NCBI GenBank assembly: GCA_002269645.1 | Contig: NIVC01000532.1 | Coordinates: forward strand, 323,822-387,821 | Direction: 5' to 3' | Source of the DNA: Macrostomum lignano | Lineage: Eukaryota | DNA length: 64,000 bases | In this document: in pieces, positions 13,501 through 35,545 of the stretch | How positions within the stretch are numbered: position 1 is the stretch's first letter | Layout of the letters: each line of letters starts with the position of its first letter | Made by a program: the position numbers and the translations under genes | Notes under the pieces: generated by a model | Told to the model about the DNA's origin: nothing | Databases searched by the model: none | Seen by the model: only the letters and a program-made list of their open reading frames with translations

Positions 13501-15068
13501 TTGAAAGCAATAAAGCTATAAAATAAATTTATTTAAGTTTTTTAAAGGTAAAAAAGTCTATAAAAGCACAAATGATTTACGTATAGCTTTATTTTTAATA
13601 AAATGATTTGTTAAAACGGTAAGTTTAATTACGACCTAAAATGACTTATGAAAATGATAGAAAAGCTATATTAATATATTTTATTAACTTTACCTATCTT
13701 ATAATGTTACACTCTATGATTCTACAACATATTTAATGTTATTTTTAAGGGTTTATTTGTTTATCACTTTTGTTACTCTTGACAATGTGTATTTTGTAGA
13801 GTTTGTTTGCAATAAATTGTATTCAACATAAGTTTATTATTTAAACATACAAATTCCCATAAGGATTGGAAAATAGCATTTTACTCAGCTTCTACTAAAG
13901 CAATTTGGAAAATTCTTTTTTCTTGCATACACGCCGCAATGATACATGTTTTAGTGTAATTTCATTGTTCTTCGTCGCTTAATAAGCATATAGTAAGCAT
14001 CTGATTTGGAAGCCGGGTAACACATTGAAATTCCCATAAGGATTAGAAAATTGCATTTTACTCAGCTTCTACCAAAGCAATTTAGAAAATTCATTTTTTC
14101 CTGCATACACGCCGGAGTGATAGTGTAATTTCATTGTTCTTTGTCGCTTAATAAGCATATAGGAAGCATTTGATTTGGATGCCGGGTAACATTTTTTACC
14201 CAAAATTTTTAAGTCTATATATAGGCATATAACAAACACTAATACCATGCAAGTTGATATTTAAATGAAAGAGAACAACTTAAAGATTATTCTGCAACAA
14301 GGAATTAGCAATATATTTACTTTTAGTGAAAGATGTTTGCTGGCAAACTTTGCACTTTAAATAAGTATGAATTTTTGCGAGTTTATATGGTTTTAGAAAA
14401 ACTTTGAAATCCTTAGAAATACTTCATCTTTTTGAATCGAATAAAAAGTAAAACACAGATTACTTTCTGTTTTGTAAATAGTAAAAAAATAGCCTTCTCT
14501 AAGGCCCAGAAGTCTTAAAATTAATTGTTTTTTAATGAAAAAAGTGAAACAAAAAATTGCAAATCAGTCAACTCGGACTTTTAAAATGCTTTTTTGTGGT
14601 TTTTTCTTATTTATTCAATGATTATAAAACCCGAAAACAATAGTTTTTATCCAGAACTATTTTTAAAAACCTATCTATCTTTCAAAAACCTTTTTTTAAA
14701 TACATTACTTTCCATCAAATGTCCACAGATTTGTTTTACCAATTTATCCCACATTTTTGGATTTTGCCATATAGTAAGGTAATGGAATAAGGTAAGGTAT
14801 GTTGATGAATTTGGTGGCACCCACTTATCTTACTACAAAAAAAAATTAATATTAATAAATCTTAAAACTATTTATAATGTTTTAGCTATCTTTAGAACAA
14901 TGTATAAATACAACTTTGTTTAAAAAGAATTAGTTTACCAAAATGAAACCTGATTCATGCCTAGCTAGAGCTTTAGCTATGATAATATCAATAAATAGAC
15001 TTCTCCAAGACGAAAAATGAAAGATAGGCTTAATTGAAGGAAAACTTACCATTAACTTTTGATGACAT
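10520..15068 (-). CDS. R3HCC1L: R3H and coiled-coil domain-containing protein 1-like (R3HCC1/R3HCC1L family), ~268 aa. Exons 15068-15050 (tentative), 11722-11196, 10780-10520
   Basis: The translation carries family motifs: RRPDQAKYVPPGRR (cf. RRPDxxLYVP), RRM-like HLIELYDF...IQFVDDGHLLAAF, and RMRP|VSQA...PAKRRPETDVKVAHRFI (cf. KIRPLSQA...PAKERPET). The exon2/exon3 junction is ccg|gtaag...ttcag|gtg, phase 0. Exon 2 has no early Met and an in-frame TAA lies upstream. A 19-nt exon ATG TCA TCA AAA GTT AAT G|gtaagt supplies the matching phase 1, but it is inferred. Confidence 0.8.
10838..11190. repeat. 27/46-bp intronic minisatellite (CGAAATCCCCTGGCAACCCCTAGACAC)n
   Basis: Fills most of R3HCC1L-like intron 10781-11195. 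Confidence 0.92.
13851..14191. repeat. Two-copy tandem duplication, period 177 bp
   Basis: 13851-14022 and 14028-14191 both run AAATTCCCATAAGGATT...GCCGGGTAACA, with scattered substitutions and one short indel. Confidence 0.9.
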
Positions 15069-16061
15069 CAAAATTTACTTCTTTGACTCTTTAACAAATT
15101 TATTTCATCAATAAATGAAATATAATGCTAAAAGTTGTATTACTAAGGATATTTCAAGTGTTGTTTTAACTTTAGTTTAAATTCAGATTTAGTTATATAG
15201 ATTTAGAATTTGACAATTGCAATAACTTTCTTCTAGAGCTAGCTAGCTAGGCCTAGAACTTCAAAATCTTACACTTATACTACAGTGACAAGGGAAAGCG
15301 AATTTAATGTAGCAAAAAAGAAAGGTGATACAGAACTTGTTCTAGATCAGATTGTAGAATGGTTTGTTTTGTGTGGGTAGGAGTAATAATAAATTAGGCC
15401 TATGTAAAGGGAGGGTACTGAAGAAAATAAATTACACAATAAAAATGAACCTAGGATGTAGGCCTAATGTAAGTTATTTAAATTATTAAAAATAAGGAAA
15501 CAAACACAATATTAGGATAGCACTTATGTGCATTTACCAGCTAGGCCATCGCCAATCAGGCAAAAATTAATGTATCCTACGTCGCATCTTACTAGGCAGT
15601 AAGCATCAGAAAGAACGCGTTTAAACTGGCCGCTTAATAAACGTCATTCAAATTTGCAGCAAAATTACAAGAAAAAGTTCCTACACTTTGACCTCAGAAT
15701 TTTACAAGAAAGCCAAATTAAAATCATATATGTAATGAAGTTTTTTAATAGGTACAGAAACTTGATTTATGTTATACAGATTACTATATTTACTAAAGTT
15801 TTGTTGTACCAGTTGTCTAAAACAAATTTCCGTGTTAAAATCAAGGGCATGGAACGTACGCTGCAACACGAATTTATGCTTAGAGTCTAATACAGATAGG
15901 ACTAAGTTACTAACTCCATAACTTCTTAAAACACCTAATTAATTGATCATTACTATAATACAGTAGAATAATTTTATTTTGTGTTTTCACCTATACATAA
16001 TTTTAAGAAGTGTCATTTCTTTCTGCTCTATTCAAAATCAAACTAAGGTCAAGGACTAAAA
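15069..16061. promoter_or_regulatory. Putative bidirectional promoter between R3HCC1L-like and PHB2
   Basis: About 1 kb separates the divergent start codons. A small CpG-containing patch at ~15540-15650 with GCCAATC sits in an AT-rich background. Depends on the tentative R3HCC1L first exon. Confidence 0.45.
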
Positions 16062-19000
16062 ATGAGTATGTTTAACATGTTCAAAAAAGCAACAGCTGGT
16101 AGTGGCTTTCTTGCTGCTGCTGCTGTTGCCACATATGGCGCGTACAATTCATTCTTTACAGGTCAGTTTCTTTTTTTCCAAACTTATTCATCCAATAATT
16201 TATTTTTTGTTTAGTAATATAGCATCTAGCATTTTTTTTAACTTACCAATAAATTTTCAATGTCAAAACATAGTGAGTGATGACTCTCTATGTATCTTTT
16301 GTTTACTTTAATGCCATGATAAGGATTATACAAAAGGTATGCAAAACATTGAACAAGTCTAAATTTTATACTTTAAATTTTAAATTTTTTAAGTAGGCAA
16401 TGGCTTTTTGGATTTATTATATAGTATTATTACAAGCATTCAAGCAAGCATACAAACCTTAGAGATTTAGTATATTTAGATTATAGATAATTAGATAATA
16501 TTAGGCTATATAGCCAATATTTGTTATAAATATTACTATTAGAAAAAGTCTTAGCAGTTTTATATATTGATTTTTGAAACATATATTGTTTTACAATTAA
16601 ATAATGTTTAATACTTAGATTAGAAAATATTTCTAAATTAAATGTTCTAGATAATATTTTTATTAGGATTTTTTGCATTATTAGACTTGTCTCATATTAA
16701 TCAATAGCCATACTATGGATCATGTTTGAGTATATGCTAGAATATACAACAAGGAAACTTTGGTTTGCATATTAATAATATCCTATGCTTTCTAATTGCA
16801 TACCATGTTTACCAATTATATGCTCAATAAAGAACCCTATCCTTGATTTTCTATTAAAAATAACAAAAATATCCATATAAAGATATTCAATTTCCTATAG
16901 TATAAAAATAAATTTGAAAAATATATCAAGGTCTACTTAAATCTACAAAGGGATTAGCAATTCAATGTATAAATACCCCATACTCAAGAAGGTATAGACC
17001 TATATTATGGTAAAAAAATTTGGTATTATATAAACAAATAATATTCTTTATAGTCATAAAGATTGCCTTTGCTATAGACAATTTTTTTAGAAATACAAAG
17101 AGCATATAATCATGATGCACACAAGGGTCCCTGATGTACTTGGTATATAATCATGGTCATTAGGCCACTCACTTATTCTCCTAAAATAGAAGAGTAGGCC
17201 AGTATGCATAGCAATGTACAATACATTCATGTGCAACCTTGGGAATCACCCAGCCATTTCTATTGGCAATGTACACATGTAAGTCACTATTGGCTGAGAG
17301 CAGTCACATGATTGCTATTTTGTCCAATAGAAATGGCTGGGTAGAATTTCTCACTAAACTGTTCTAGGTTGCCTAACTAATATTCTAACAGTTCAACAGT
17401 GGATAAGCAAGACAGAATCAATAAGATAGACCTAGCGCAAAACCAAAAGGTATCACAAATGGCATCTCAACTAGATGGTCTAGTCAATAATTAATTTCTC
17501 TTCACCAACCACACTACTGTTGGCAGTGGAGACTGGCCACCGGGCTATCCTATTCAGTCGTATTGGTGGACTCAAGGATGAGCAGCTGCGCGAAGGATTG
17601 CACTTTCGGTGAGGCATTTAATTTAATTAGTACCTTCTTATGATCCTCCGTTGCTGGGCCAGCCTCCCAGATCCGCAGTTGCTGGGCCAGCCCCCCCCCA
17701 GATCCTCAGTTGCTGGGTCAGTCTCTCAGATCCTCAGTTGCTGGGCCAGCCTCCCAGATCCTCAGTTGCTGGGCCAGCCTCCCAGATCCTCAGTTGCTGG
17801 GCCAGCCTCCCAGATCCTCAGTTGCTGGGCCAGCCTCCCAGATCCTCAGTTGCTGGGCAGCCAGCCTCCCAGATCCTCAGTTGCTGGGCAGCCAGCCTCC
17901 AGATCCTCAGTTGCTAGGCCAGCCTCCCAGATCCTCAGTAGCTGGGCCAGCTTCCCAGATCCTCAGTTGCTGGGCCAGCCCTCCAGTGTCAGTCGCTGTG
18001 CTAGCCTCCCAGATCCTCAATCGCTGGGCCAGCCTCCCAGATGCTCAGTCGCTGGGCCAGCTTCTCAAATCCTCAGTCGCTGGGCCAGCCTCTCAAATTC
18101 TCAATCGCTGGGCCAGCCTCTCAAATCCTCAGTCGCTGGACCAGCCTCTCAAATCCTCAGTTGCTACAACTCTTCCCACCACCAGCATCCCGTGGCTGCA
18201 TCGGCCCATCATCTACGACATCCGCTCGAAGCCGCGCCAGATCAGCAGCCCAACTGGCAGCAAAGACCTGCAGACTGTCAATATCACACTGCGAGTTCTG
18301 TGCCGACCCGACGCATCTGATCTGCAGAATTTGTACCGCAGACTGGGCCCGAACTATGACGAACGCGTCCTGCCCAGCATTGTTAACGAAGTGCTGAAAG
18401 CGGTTGTGGCCAAATTTAATGCCAGTCAGCTGATTACTCAGCGATCACAGGTAAGTTAATGGGTTTATTTTCCATTATTTGCTGTTGATTACTTTATTTT
18501 CGATACATATCGGCTATCCAAATAGTAAATGGGTTTATCTGGAAATTGTGGGTAGGTTTACCTGGAAATTGTGGGTAGGTTTACCTGGAAATTGTGGGTA
18601 GGTTTGCCTGGGAATTGTGGGTAGGTTTACCTGGGTATTATGGGTAGGTTTACCTGGGTATTATAGGTAGGTTTACCTGGGTATTATGGGTAGGTTTACC
18701 TGAGTATAATGGGTAGGTTTACCTGAGTATTATGGGTAGGTTTACCTGGGTATTATGGGTAGGTTTACCTGGGTATTATAGGTAGGTTTACCTGAGTATT
18801 ATGGGTAGGTTTACCTGGATTTGGATGGTTGGTTTCAACTACCAGACACTGGTTTTGGTTTAAATCGGAAAGCTCAGCTTCTTTGCTGCAAAGTAGACGA
18901 TTCTATCTGAATATGGTGTATAATATATAGTTTTACTTACTGTTATATTTGCTTTCGATACATATCGTTAATCTAAACTTGTTTCAAACTAACAGGTGTC

Positions 19001-19418
19001 GCTGCTAATCCGCAAGAACTTAATGGAACGGGCTCGCGATTTCAACGTCATTGTGGACGACGTGTCCATCACGGATCTGTCATTCTCGCAGGTGTACGCG
19101 GCCGCTGTTGAGGCCAAGCAGATCGCCCAGCAGGAGGCTCAGCGCGCCCAATTTTATGTTGAACGGGCCAGGCAGGAGCGCCAACAGAAGGTGGTGCAAG
19201 CTGAAGGCGAAGCCGAAGCTGCCAGGCTTATTGGCGAAGCTGTCAGCCTCAATCCGGGCTATTTGAAGTTGCGCAAGATTAAAGCGGCCCAAGGCATTGC
19301 TAGGACGCTTGCCCAATCGCAGAATCGGGCCTATCTTGACGGCAGCGCTCTGATGATGAATCTGCAGGATCCGGCGTTTGACGAGCGAGTAGAAACCGGC
19401 GTTAAAAAGCGTCGTTGA
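16062..19418 (+). CDS. PHB2: Prohibitin-2, 289 aa. Exons 16062-16161, 17527-17608, 18186-18450, 18996-19418
   Basis: The spliced translation reads ...YNSFFT|[15 protein letters not shown]...EGLHF|RIPW...[32 protein letters not shown]...[13 protein letters not shown]|VSLLIR...[10 protein letters not shown]...[14 protein letters not shown], diagnostic of PHB2. All junctions are GT-AG with consistent phases (1, 2, 0). Confidence 0.97.
17641..18165. repeat. 28-bp intronic minisatellite (GCTGGGCCAGCCTCCCAGATCCTCAGTT)n
   Basis: Fills most of PHB2 intron 2; units decay toward the 3' end. Confidence 0.95.
18535..18820. repeat. 23-bp intronic minisatellite (GGGTAGGTTTACCTGGGTATTAT)n
   Basis: About 12 units in PHB2 intron 3. 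Confidence 0.93.
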
Positions 19419-19478
19419 AAAAATGATGGATTGATTGTTTCATTTCTTCGGTACGTTTGTTAATTGACCATCTCGAGG

Positions 19479-19484
19479 AATAAA
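19479..19484 (+). terminator. Candidate polyadenylation signal of PHB2 (AATAAA)
   Basis: AATAAA 60 nt after the stop codon, followed by a T-rich tract. Confidence 0.55.
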
Positions 19485-19934
19485 TAGGTTTTTGTTAAAT
19501 TTGCTTTTTTGTCGTTAAAACAAAAAATATGTTAAAAGTCTATATTGGCTACTACTATCAGTAGACTAAATTTGCTAGTTTATTTTCTGTAGCGTTTCAT
19601 TGAAATGTATGCGGGTTACACTATGAGTAGCATATTGTTTAGGCCTTTAGCTACCTGTTAATTTATAAAATATTTTACAGGCTTATTATTGTCTGTTTTT
19701 GCCGGTTAATATAAATCACTACTTATTAAAATAAAATTTGTGTCTAACCATCGGTGTTCCGAGTCCACCTTTTGTTACGCCATGTTGCATTCATTTCAAG
19801 GAAAGTGCTTGATCTGAAATCTCATTAGTCATGCTTCTGAGTTGTTTAGTTTTGACTATATTGCTCAATGTCCCTGGGTGTCTATAAATTAGCTGATGTC
19901 TTCCCATAATGTGCTAATTACCCACTTAGTTGTC

Positions 19935-20535
19935 CCTAATATCCTAATCGTCCCTAATAATATCCTAATCGTTCCTAAAATTATCCTGATCGTCCCTAAT
20001 ACTAATAGTATCCTAATCGTCCCTAATAGTATCCTAATCATCCCTTATAATGTTTTAATCGTCCCTAATAGTATCTTAATCGCCCCTAATACTATCCTAA
20101 TCGTCCCTAATAGTATCCTAATCGTCCCTAATCGTATCTTAATCGCCCGTAATAATATCCTAATCGTCCCTAATAGTATCCTAATCGTCCCTAATAGTAT
20201 CCTAATCGTCCCTAATAGTATCCTAATCGTCCCTTATAATGTTTTAATCGCCCCTAATAATATCCTAATCGTCCCTAATAGTATCCTAAAAGTCCCTTAT
20301 AATGCTTTAATTGTCCCTAATAGTATCTTAATCGCCCGTAATAATATCCTAATCGTCCCTAATAGTATCCTAATCGTCCCTAATAGTATCCTAATCGTCC
20401 CTTATAATGTTTTAATCGCCCCTAATAATATCCTAATCGTCCCTAATAGTATCCTAAAAGTCCCTTATAATGCTTTAATTGTCCCTAATAATATCCTAAT
20501 TAATCGTTCCTAATATTCTAACGCTATCTAATATC
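19935..20535. repeat. 21-bp minisatellite (ATCGTCCCTAATAGTATCCTA)n containing CCCTAA
   Basis: Tandem units. ORF 19896-20513 (ILIVPNS)n is its translation. Confidence 0.94.
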
Positions 20536-21072
20536 CTCATTGAGCATCGAAATGCCAATAGGCAATCATCTGCTGCACTTAACCATTTACTGGCCTTCCA
20601 AAGCGACACAGATCTGGTCGCATGCAATGGGAGGTCGCTATAATATAGCATTGGCATAGTTGTCGGCAGCCATTGTAAATTCTTTCGCAGCAATGGACTG
20701 CGTAACAGCACACTTAAGTCGCTCTGTAGAGCCAGTCTTGCTTTCTTACGCAAGACGCAAGAATGCTGGCGCACCAAGTTTAAGTCAACTGTCCCTTCTA
20801 ATAACCTCTGCATTATGTGGTCGACCAGTAATGGATAGAAAGAAAAGCATTTATGGGGGCAAGTTATAGAAAAAGGCATAATGTGCCACTTGCTTTTGCA
20901 TGTACATGTATGTCCATACCAATTCATTCTGCACGGAACACGGCGTCCCTTTGTCAGCTTTAGTTTGTAGCGCTGATATTGGATTTTTATTTCTATATTT
21001 TACTCACCTCATGAGTGATTGATTTGCACTGAAATTCACGCCACTGGGCATACGAAATGGCGCCTGTAGCTC

Positions 21073-22238
21073 AGAGTGATACCAAATGGCAGAGTCACAC
21101 CAAATGGCACTGAGTGATACCAAAATGGCACTGAGTGATACCAAACGGCACAGAGTGATACCAAACGGCACAGAGTGATACCAAATGGCACAGAATGATA
21201 CCAAATGGCAGAGTCACACCAAATGGCACTGAGTGATACCAAAATGGCACTGAGTGATACCAAACGGCACAGAGTGATACCAAACGGCACAGAGTGATAC
21301 CAAATGGCACAGAATGATACCTCATGGCACAGAGTGACACCAAATGGCACAGAGTGATACCAAATGGCACAGAACGATACCAAATGGCACAGAGTGACAC
21401 CAAATGGCACAGAGTGACACCAAATGGCACAGAGTGATACCAAATGGCACAGAATGATACCAAATGGCACAGAATGACACCAAATGGCACAGAATGATAC
21501 CAAATGGCACAGAGTGATACCAAATGGCACAGAGTGACACCAAATGGCACAGAGTGATACCAAATGGCACAGAATGATACCAAATGGCACAGAGTGACAC
21601 CAAATGGCACAGAATGATACCAAATGGCACAGAGTGATACCAAATGGCACAGAGTGATACCAAATGGCACAGAGTGACACCAAATGGCACAGAGTGATAC
21701 CTCATGGCACAGAGTGACACCAAATGGCACAGAGTGATACCAAATGGCACAGAATGATACCAAATGGCACAGAGTGATACCAAATGGCACAGAGTGACAC
21801 CAAATGGCACAGAGTGACACTAAATGGCACAGAGTGATACCTCATGGCACAGAGTGATACCTCATGGCACAGAGTAACACCAAATGGCACAGAGTGATAC
21901 CAAATGGCACAGAGTGATACCTCATGGCACAGAGTGATACCTCATGGCACAGAGTGACACCCATGGCACACAGAGTGACACCCATGGCACACAGAGTGAC
22001 ACCCATGGCACACAGAGTGACACCCATGGCACACAGAGTGACACCCATGGCACACAGAGTGACACCCATGGCACACAGAGTGACACCCATGGCACACAGA
22101 GTGACACCCATGGCACACAGAGTGACACCCATGGCACACAGAGTGACACCATGGAACACACAGTGACACCCATGGCACACAGAGTGACACCCATGGCACA
22201 CAGAGTGACACCCATGGCACACAGAGTGACACCCATGG
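21073..22238. repeat. Minisatellite (GTGATACCAAATGGCACAGA)n, 20 bp, switching to a 21-bp variant (CAGAGTGACACCCATGGCACA)n at ~21955
   Basis: Directly visible tandem units with a polar change of unit. Confidence 0.96.
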
Positions 22239-22807
22239 CATTCTCACAAAAAGATCAATCGAAAAAATCAATGCCAATTCGCCAATGGATTAAGATAACT
22301 AACTAAGCAAATGTCCCTCCTGACACTCGATCGCCGCTTGCAGTTGGTTTAATTGTATCAGTCTGGCGCGAGGCGAAGCGACAAGTCGCGAGTCGGAGGC
22401 GAGGCAATCCAAAGAGAGAATTTCTCGCCGAGAAAAAGAGACAAAAGGCGCCTCCGACAGAGCTGGCGGGAACGGGAATAAGGGGGTCTTTTGTTCTCCA
22501 CAAGGATATCGAATCACTCGGGGGACGCGAGGGAAAGCGATATCTCTGTTTCAGAGAAGGGAGAAAAGACTTGGCACTCGAAATGAAGCATGGAGCATTG
22601 CAGAAGAGGATACATAGGAGGTTCGGAGGGGCTCGAAAATGGAGCGAAGTCGAGACATAATTGCTGGTGCAGCGGTCAAGAGAGCTTTCGTGCTCGTGTG
22701 TTGAATTTTCACACTGCTGTTAAAGTGAAGGCAAGGCGGTGTGAAGCACAGGTGCAGAGAAAGTGGGATGGGAATAACTCGGTTTGTGACTGTCAGGCGA
22801 GGCGCTG

Positions 22808-23620
22808 TGAATCACGCCTGAGGAAGAGTGAAGCTCAGGTGAGGTTTGTGAATCACGCCTGGGGAAGAGTGAAGCTCAGGTGAGGTTTGTGAATCACGCC
22901 TGGGGAAGAGTGAAGCTCAGGTGAGGTTTGTGAATCACGCCTGAGGAAGAGTGAAGCTCAGGTGAGGTTTGTGAATCACGCCTGAGGAAGAGTGAAGCTC
23001 AGGTGAGGTTTGTGAATCACGCCTGAGGAAGAGTGAAGCTCAGGTGAGGTTTGTGAATCACGCCTGGGGAAGAGTGAAGCTCAGGTGAGGTTTGTGAATC
23101 ACGCCTGGGAAGAGTGAAGCTCAGGTGAGGTTTGTGAATCACGCCTGAGGAAGAGTGAAGCTTAGGTGAGGTTTGTGAATCACGCCTGAGGAAGAGTGAA
23201 GCTCAGGTGAGGTTTGTGAATCACGCCTGAGGAAGAGTGAAGCTCAGGTGAGGTTTGTGAATCACGCCTGAGGAAGAGTGAAGCTCAGGTGAGGTTTGTG
23301 AATCACGCCTGGGGAAGAGTGAAGCTCAGGTGAGGTTTGTGAATCACGCCTGAGGAAGAGTGAAGCTCAGGTGAGGTTTGTGAATCACGCCTGAGGAAGA
23401 GTGAAGCTCAGGTGAGGTTTGTGAATCACGCCTGGGGAAGAGTGAAGCTCAGGTGAGGTTTGTAAATCACGCCTGAGGAAGAGTGAAGCTCAGGTGAGGT
23501 TTGTAAATCACGCCTGAGGAAGAGTGAAGCTCAGGTGAGGTTTGTGAATCACGCCTGAGGAAGAGTGAAGCTTAGGTGAGGTTTGTGAATCACGCCTGAG
23601 GAAGAGTGAAGCTCAGGTGA
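22808..23620. repeat. 41-bp minisatellite (GTGAATCACGCCTGAGGAAGAGTGAAGCTCAGGTGAGGTTT)n
   Basis: About 20 near-identical units, decaying into GTGAATCATG-like remnants to ~23810. Confidence 0.97.
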
Positions 23621-24312
23621 GACTTGTGAACGAGCGTGAATCATGTTTGAATCACGCGTTACGGGAGTGTGAATTATGCTAAAGTGAGTGTGAATCATGC
23701 CTGAGAGAATATGAATCATGTCTGGAGGAGTGTGAATCATGTCTAAAAAAGTGCAAATCACGCGTGATCGAGTGTGAATCATATCTGGGAGATTGTGAAT
23801 CATGTCTAAGTGAGTGTCTGAAGTCCAACGCAAGGCATTGTAAATCACAGGTAGAGGGCCATCTTTGTAAACGACACATCGAGAGTCTATTGAAATCCAC
23901 CAATGAATCAAAAAATGTTGTTGCTGTTTTCATTTCAGACTGCGCTTATTCAATGTTAGTAATCCATGGTGAGAAGAGATGGCTAAACTAATATCCCTTT
24001 GGTGGGCATCTGAGGTGGGGAGGGATTCATATTGCCTTGACGAATCCCCGAGCGATGCCATTGGGGGTGGCGTCAGCCTGTCACGTTTCGCGAGGGAGGA
24101 GAGGAGGAGCGCAGAGAAGCGACCTGAGTGGTTGACGCCTCCCTGCCGCCACCTGTGGGGAGGGGGGGGGGGTTTGGGAGACTGGCTGGGGACCAGGCGG
24201 TTCAAAAATTGAAAGTAACGATAAGAACAGGCATGCCAGAAACTTTGCCGCACTTTGCTTTGAAAATTGAAAAATAATCGAACTTACTCGCAATTAGCGA
24301 TAGAAATTTCGA

Positions 24313-34081
<9,769 letters not shown>

Positions 34082-34194
34082 GTCCATAGACAATTTTTTA
34101 AGTAGAAAAAGCGCATCGTTTTCGAGTCATGCTGTAACAAGTTTAGCTGTCCTCAAGTTTAATGGCAAAATGTTCTTTGGTTCAGGGGCTGTTT

Positions 34195-35225
34195 TCCCTA
34201 AACTTCCCAATCCCTAAACTTCCCAATCCCTAAACTTCCCAATTCCTAAACTTCCCAATCCCTAAACTTCCCAATCCCTAAACTTCCCAATTCCTAAACT
34301 TCCCAATCTCTAAACTTCCCAATCCCTAAACTTCCCAATCCCTAAACTTCCCAATCCCTAAACTTCCCAATCCCTAAACTTCCCAATCGCTATACTTCCC
34401 AATCCCTAAACTTCCCAATCCCTAAACTTCCCAATCCCTAAACTTCCCAATCGCTAAACTTCCCAATCCCTAAACTTCCCAATCCCTAAACTTCCCAATC
34501 CCTAAACTTCCCAATCCCTAAACTTCCCAATCCCTAAACTTCCCAATCCCTAAACTTCCCAATCCCTAAACTTCCCAATTCCTAAACTTCCCAATCCCTA
34601 AACTTCCCAATCCCTAAACTTCCCAATCCCTAAACTTCCCAATCCCTAAACTTCCCAATCCCTAAACTTCCCAATCCCTAAACTTCCCAATCCCTAAACT
34701 TCCCAATCCCTAAACTTCCCAATCCCTAAACTTCCCAATCCCTAAACTTCCCAATCCCTAAACTTCCCAATCCCTAAACTTCCCAATCCCTAAACTTCCC
34801 AATCCCTAAACTTCCCAATCCCTAAACTTCCCAATCGCTAAACTTCCCAATCCCTAAACTTCCCAATCCCTAAACTTCCCAATCCCTAAACTTCCCAATC
34901 GCTAAACTTCCCAATCCCTAAACTTCCCAATCCCTAAACTTCCCAATACCTAAACTTCCCAATCCCTAAACTTCCCAATCCCTAAACTTCCCAATCCCTA
35001 AACTTCCCAATCCCTAAACTTCCCAATCCCTAAACTTCCCAATCGCTAAACTTCCCAATCCCTAAACTTCCCAATCCCTAAACTTCCCAATCCCTAAACT
35101 TCCCAATCCCTAAACTTCCCAATCCCTAAACTTCCCAATCCCTAAACTTCCCAATCCCTAAACTTCCCAATTCCTAAACTTCCCAATCCCTAAACTTCCC
35201 AATCCCTTACCTTCCCAATCCCTTA
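34195..35225. repeat. 16-bp minisatellite (CCTAAACTTCCCAATC)n containing CCCTAA
   Basis: About 64 near-perfect units starting ~115 nt after the Tbx2/3 stop codon. Confidence 0.97.
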
Positions 35226-35545
35226 ACTTTCCAAAGCAATACCAAGAAGACACTTTAAGGCCTAACTCGAACAGTTTCCACTATCTCACTAATGCACTTT
35301 ATATAGTTGTCTATTAATGAGATGAGCATGAATGTAATACCCTTAGCAATTTTGGAGTAAATGCAATGAATTGTAGCCAAACTTTTATTTGTCTGATTAA
35401 AAGTCCCTTCTGTCCTGTGTTGTCGTTCTGTGTCAACTCATCTAATATTACAGCGTTAACGCATTTTCGTGTTTATTTGTTATAAAAGAACTGTGGCGCG
35501 ATTTTAAACGCGTAATAATTTCATTAAAAAACGCTGCATGCTCTA

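Noticed and set aside
20520-21000. Possible degenerate BEL/Pao gag fragment (…EFTMAADNYANAIL) on the minus strand
   Set aside because: A single short motif interrupted by stops, with no LTRs or other domains nearby; too weak to call.
7807-23620. CRISPR-like arrays (29-41-bp repeats, some palindromic)
   Set aside because: Repeats are head-to-tail with no unique spacers, there are no cas genes, and the context is eukaryotic with spliceosomal introns.
34195-35225. Interstitial telomere or chromosome-fusion site
   Set aside because: CCCTAA occurs once per 16-bp unit, not as (TTAGGG)n tracts, and there is no head-to-head inversion.
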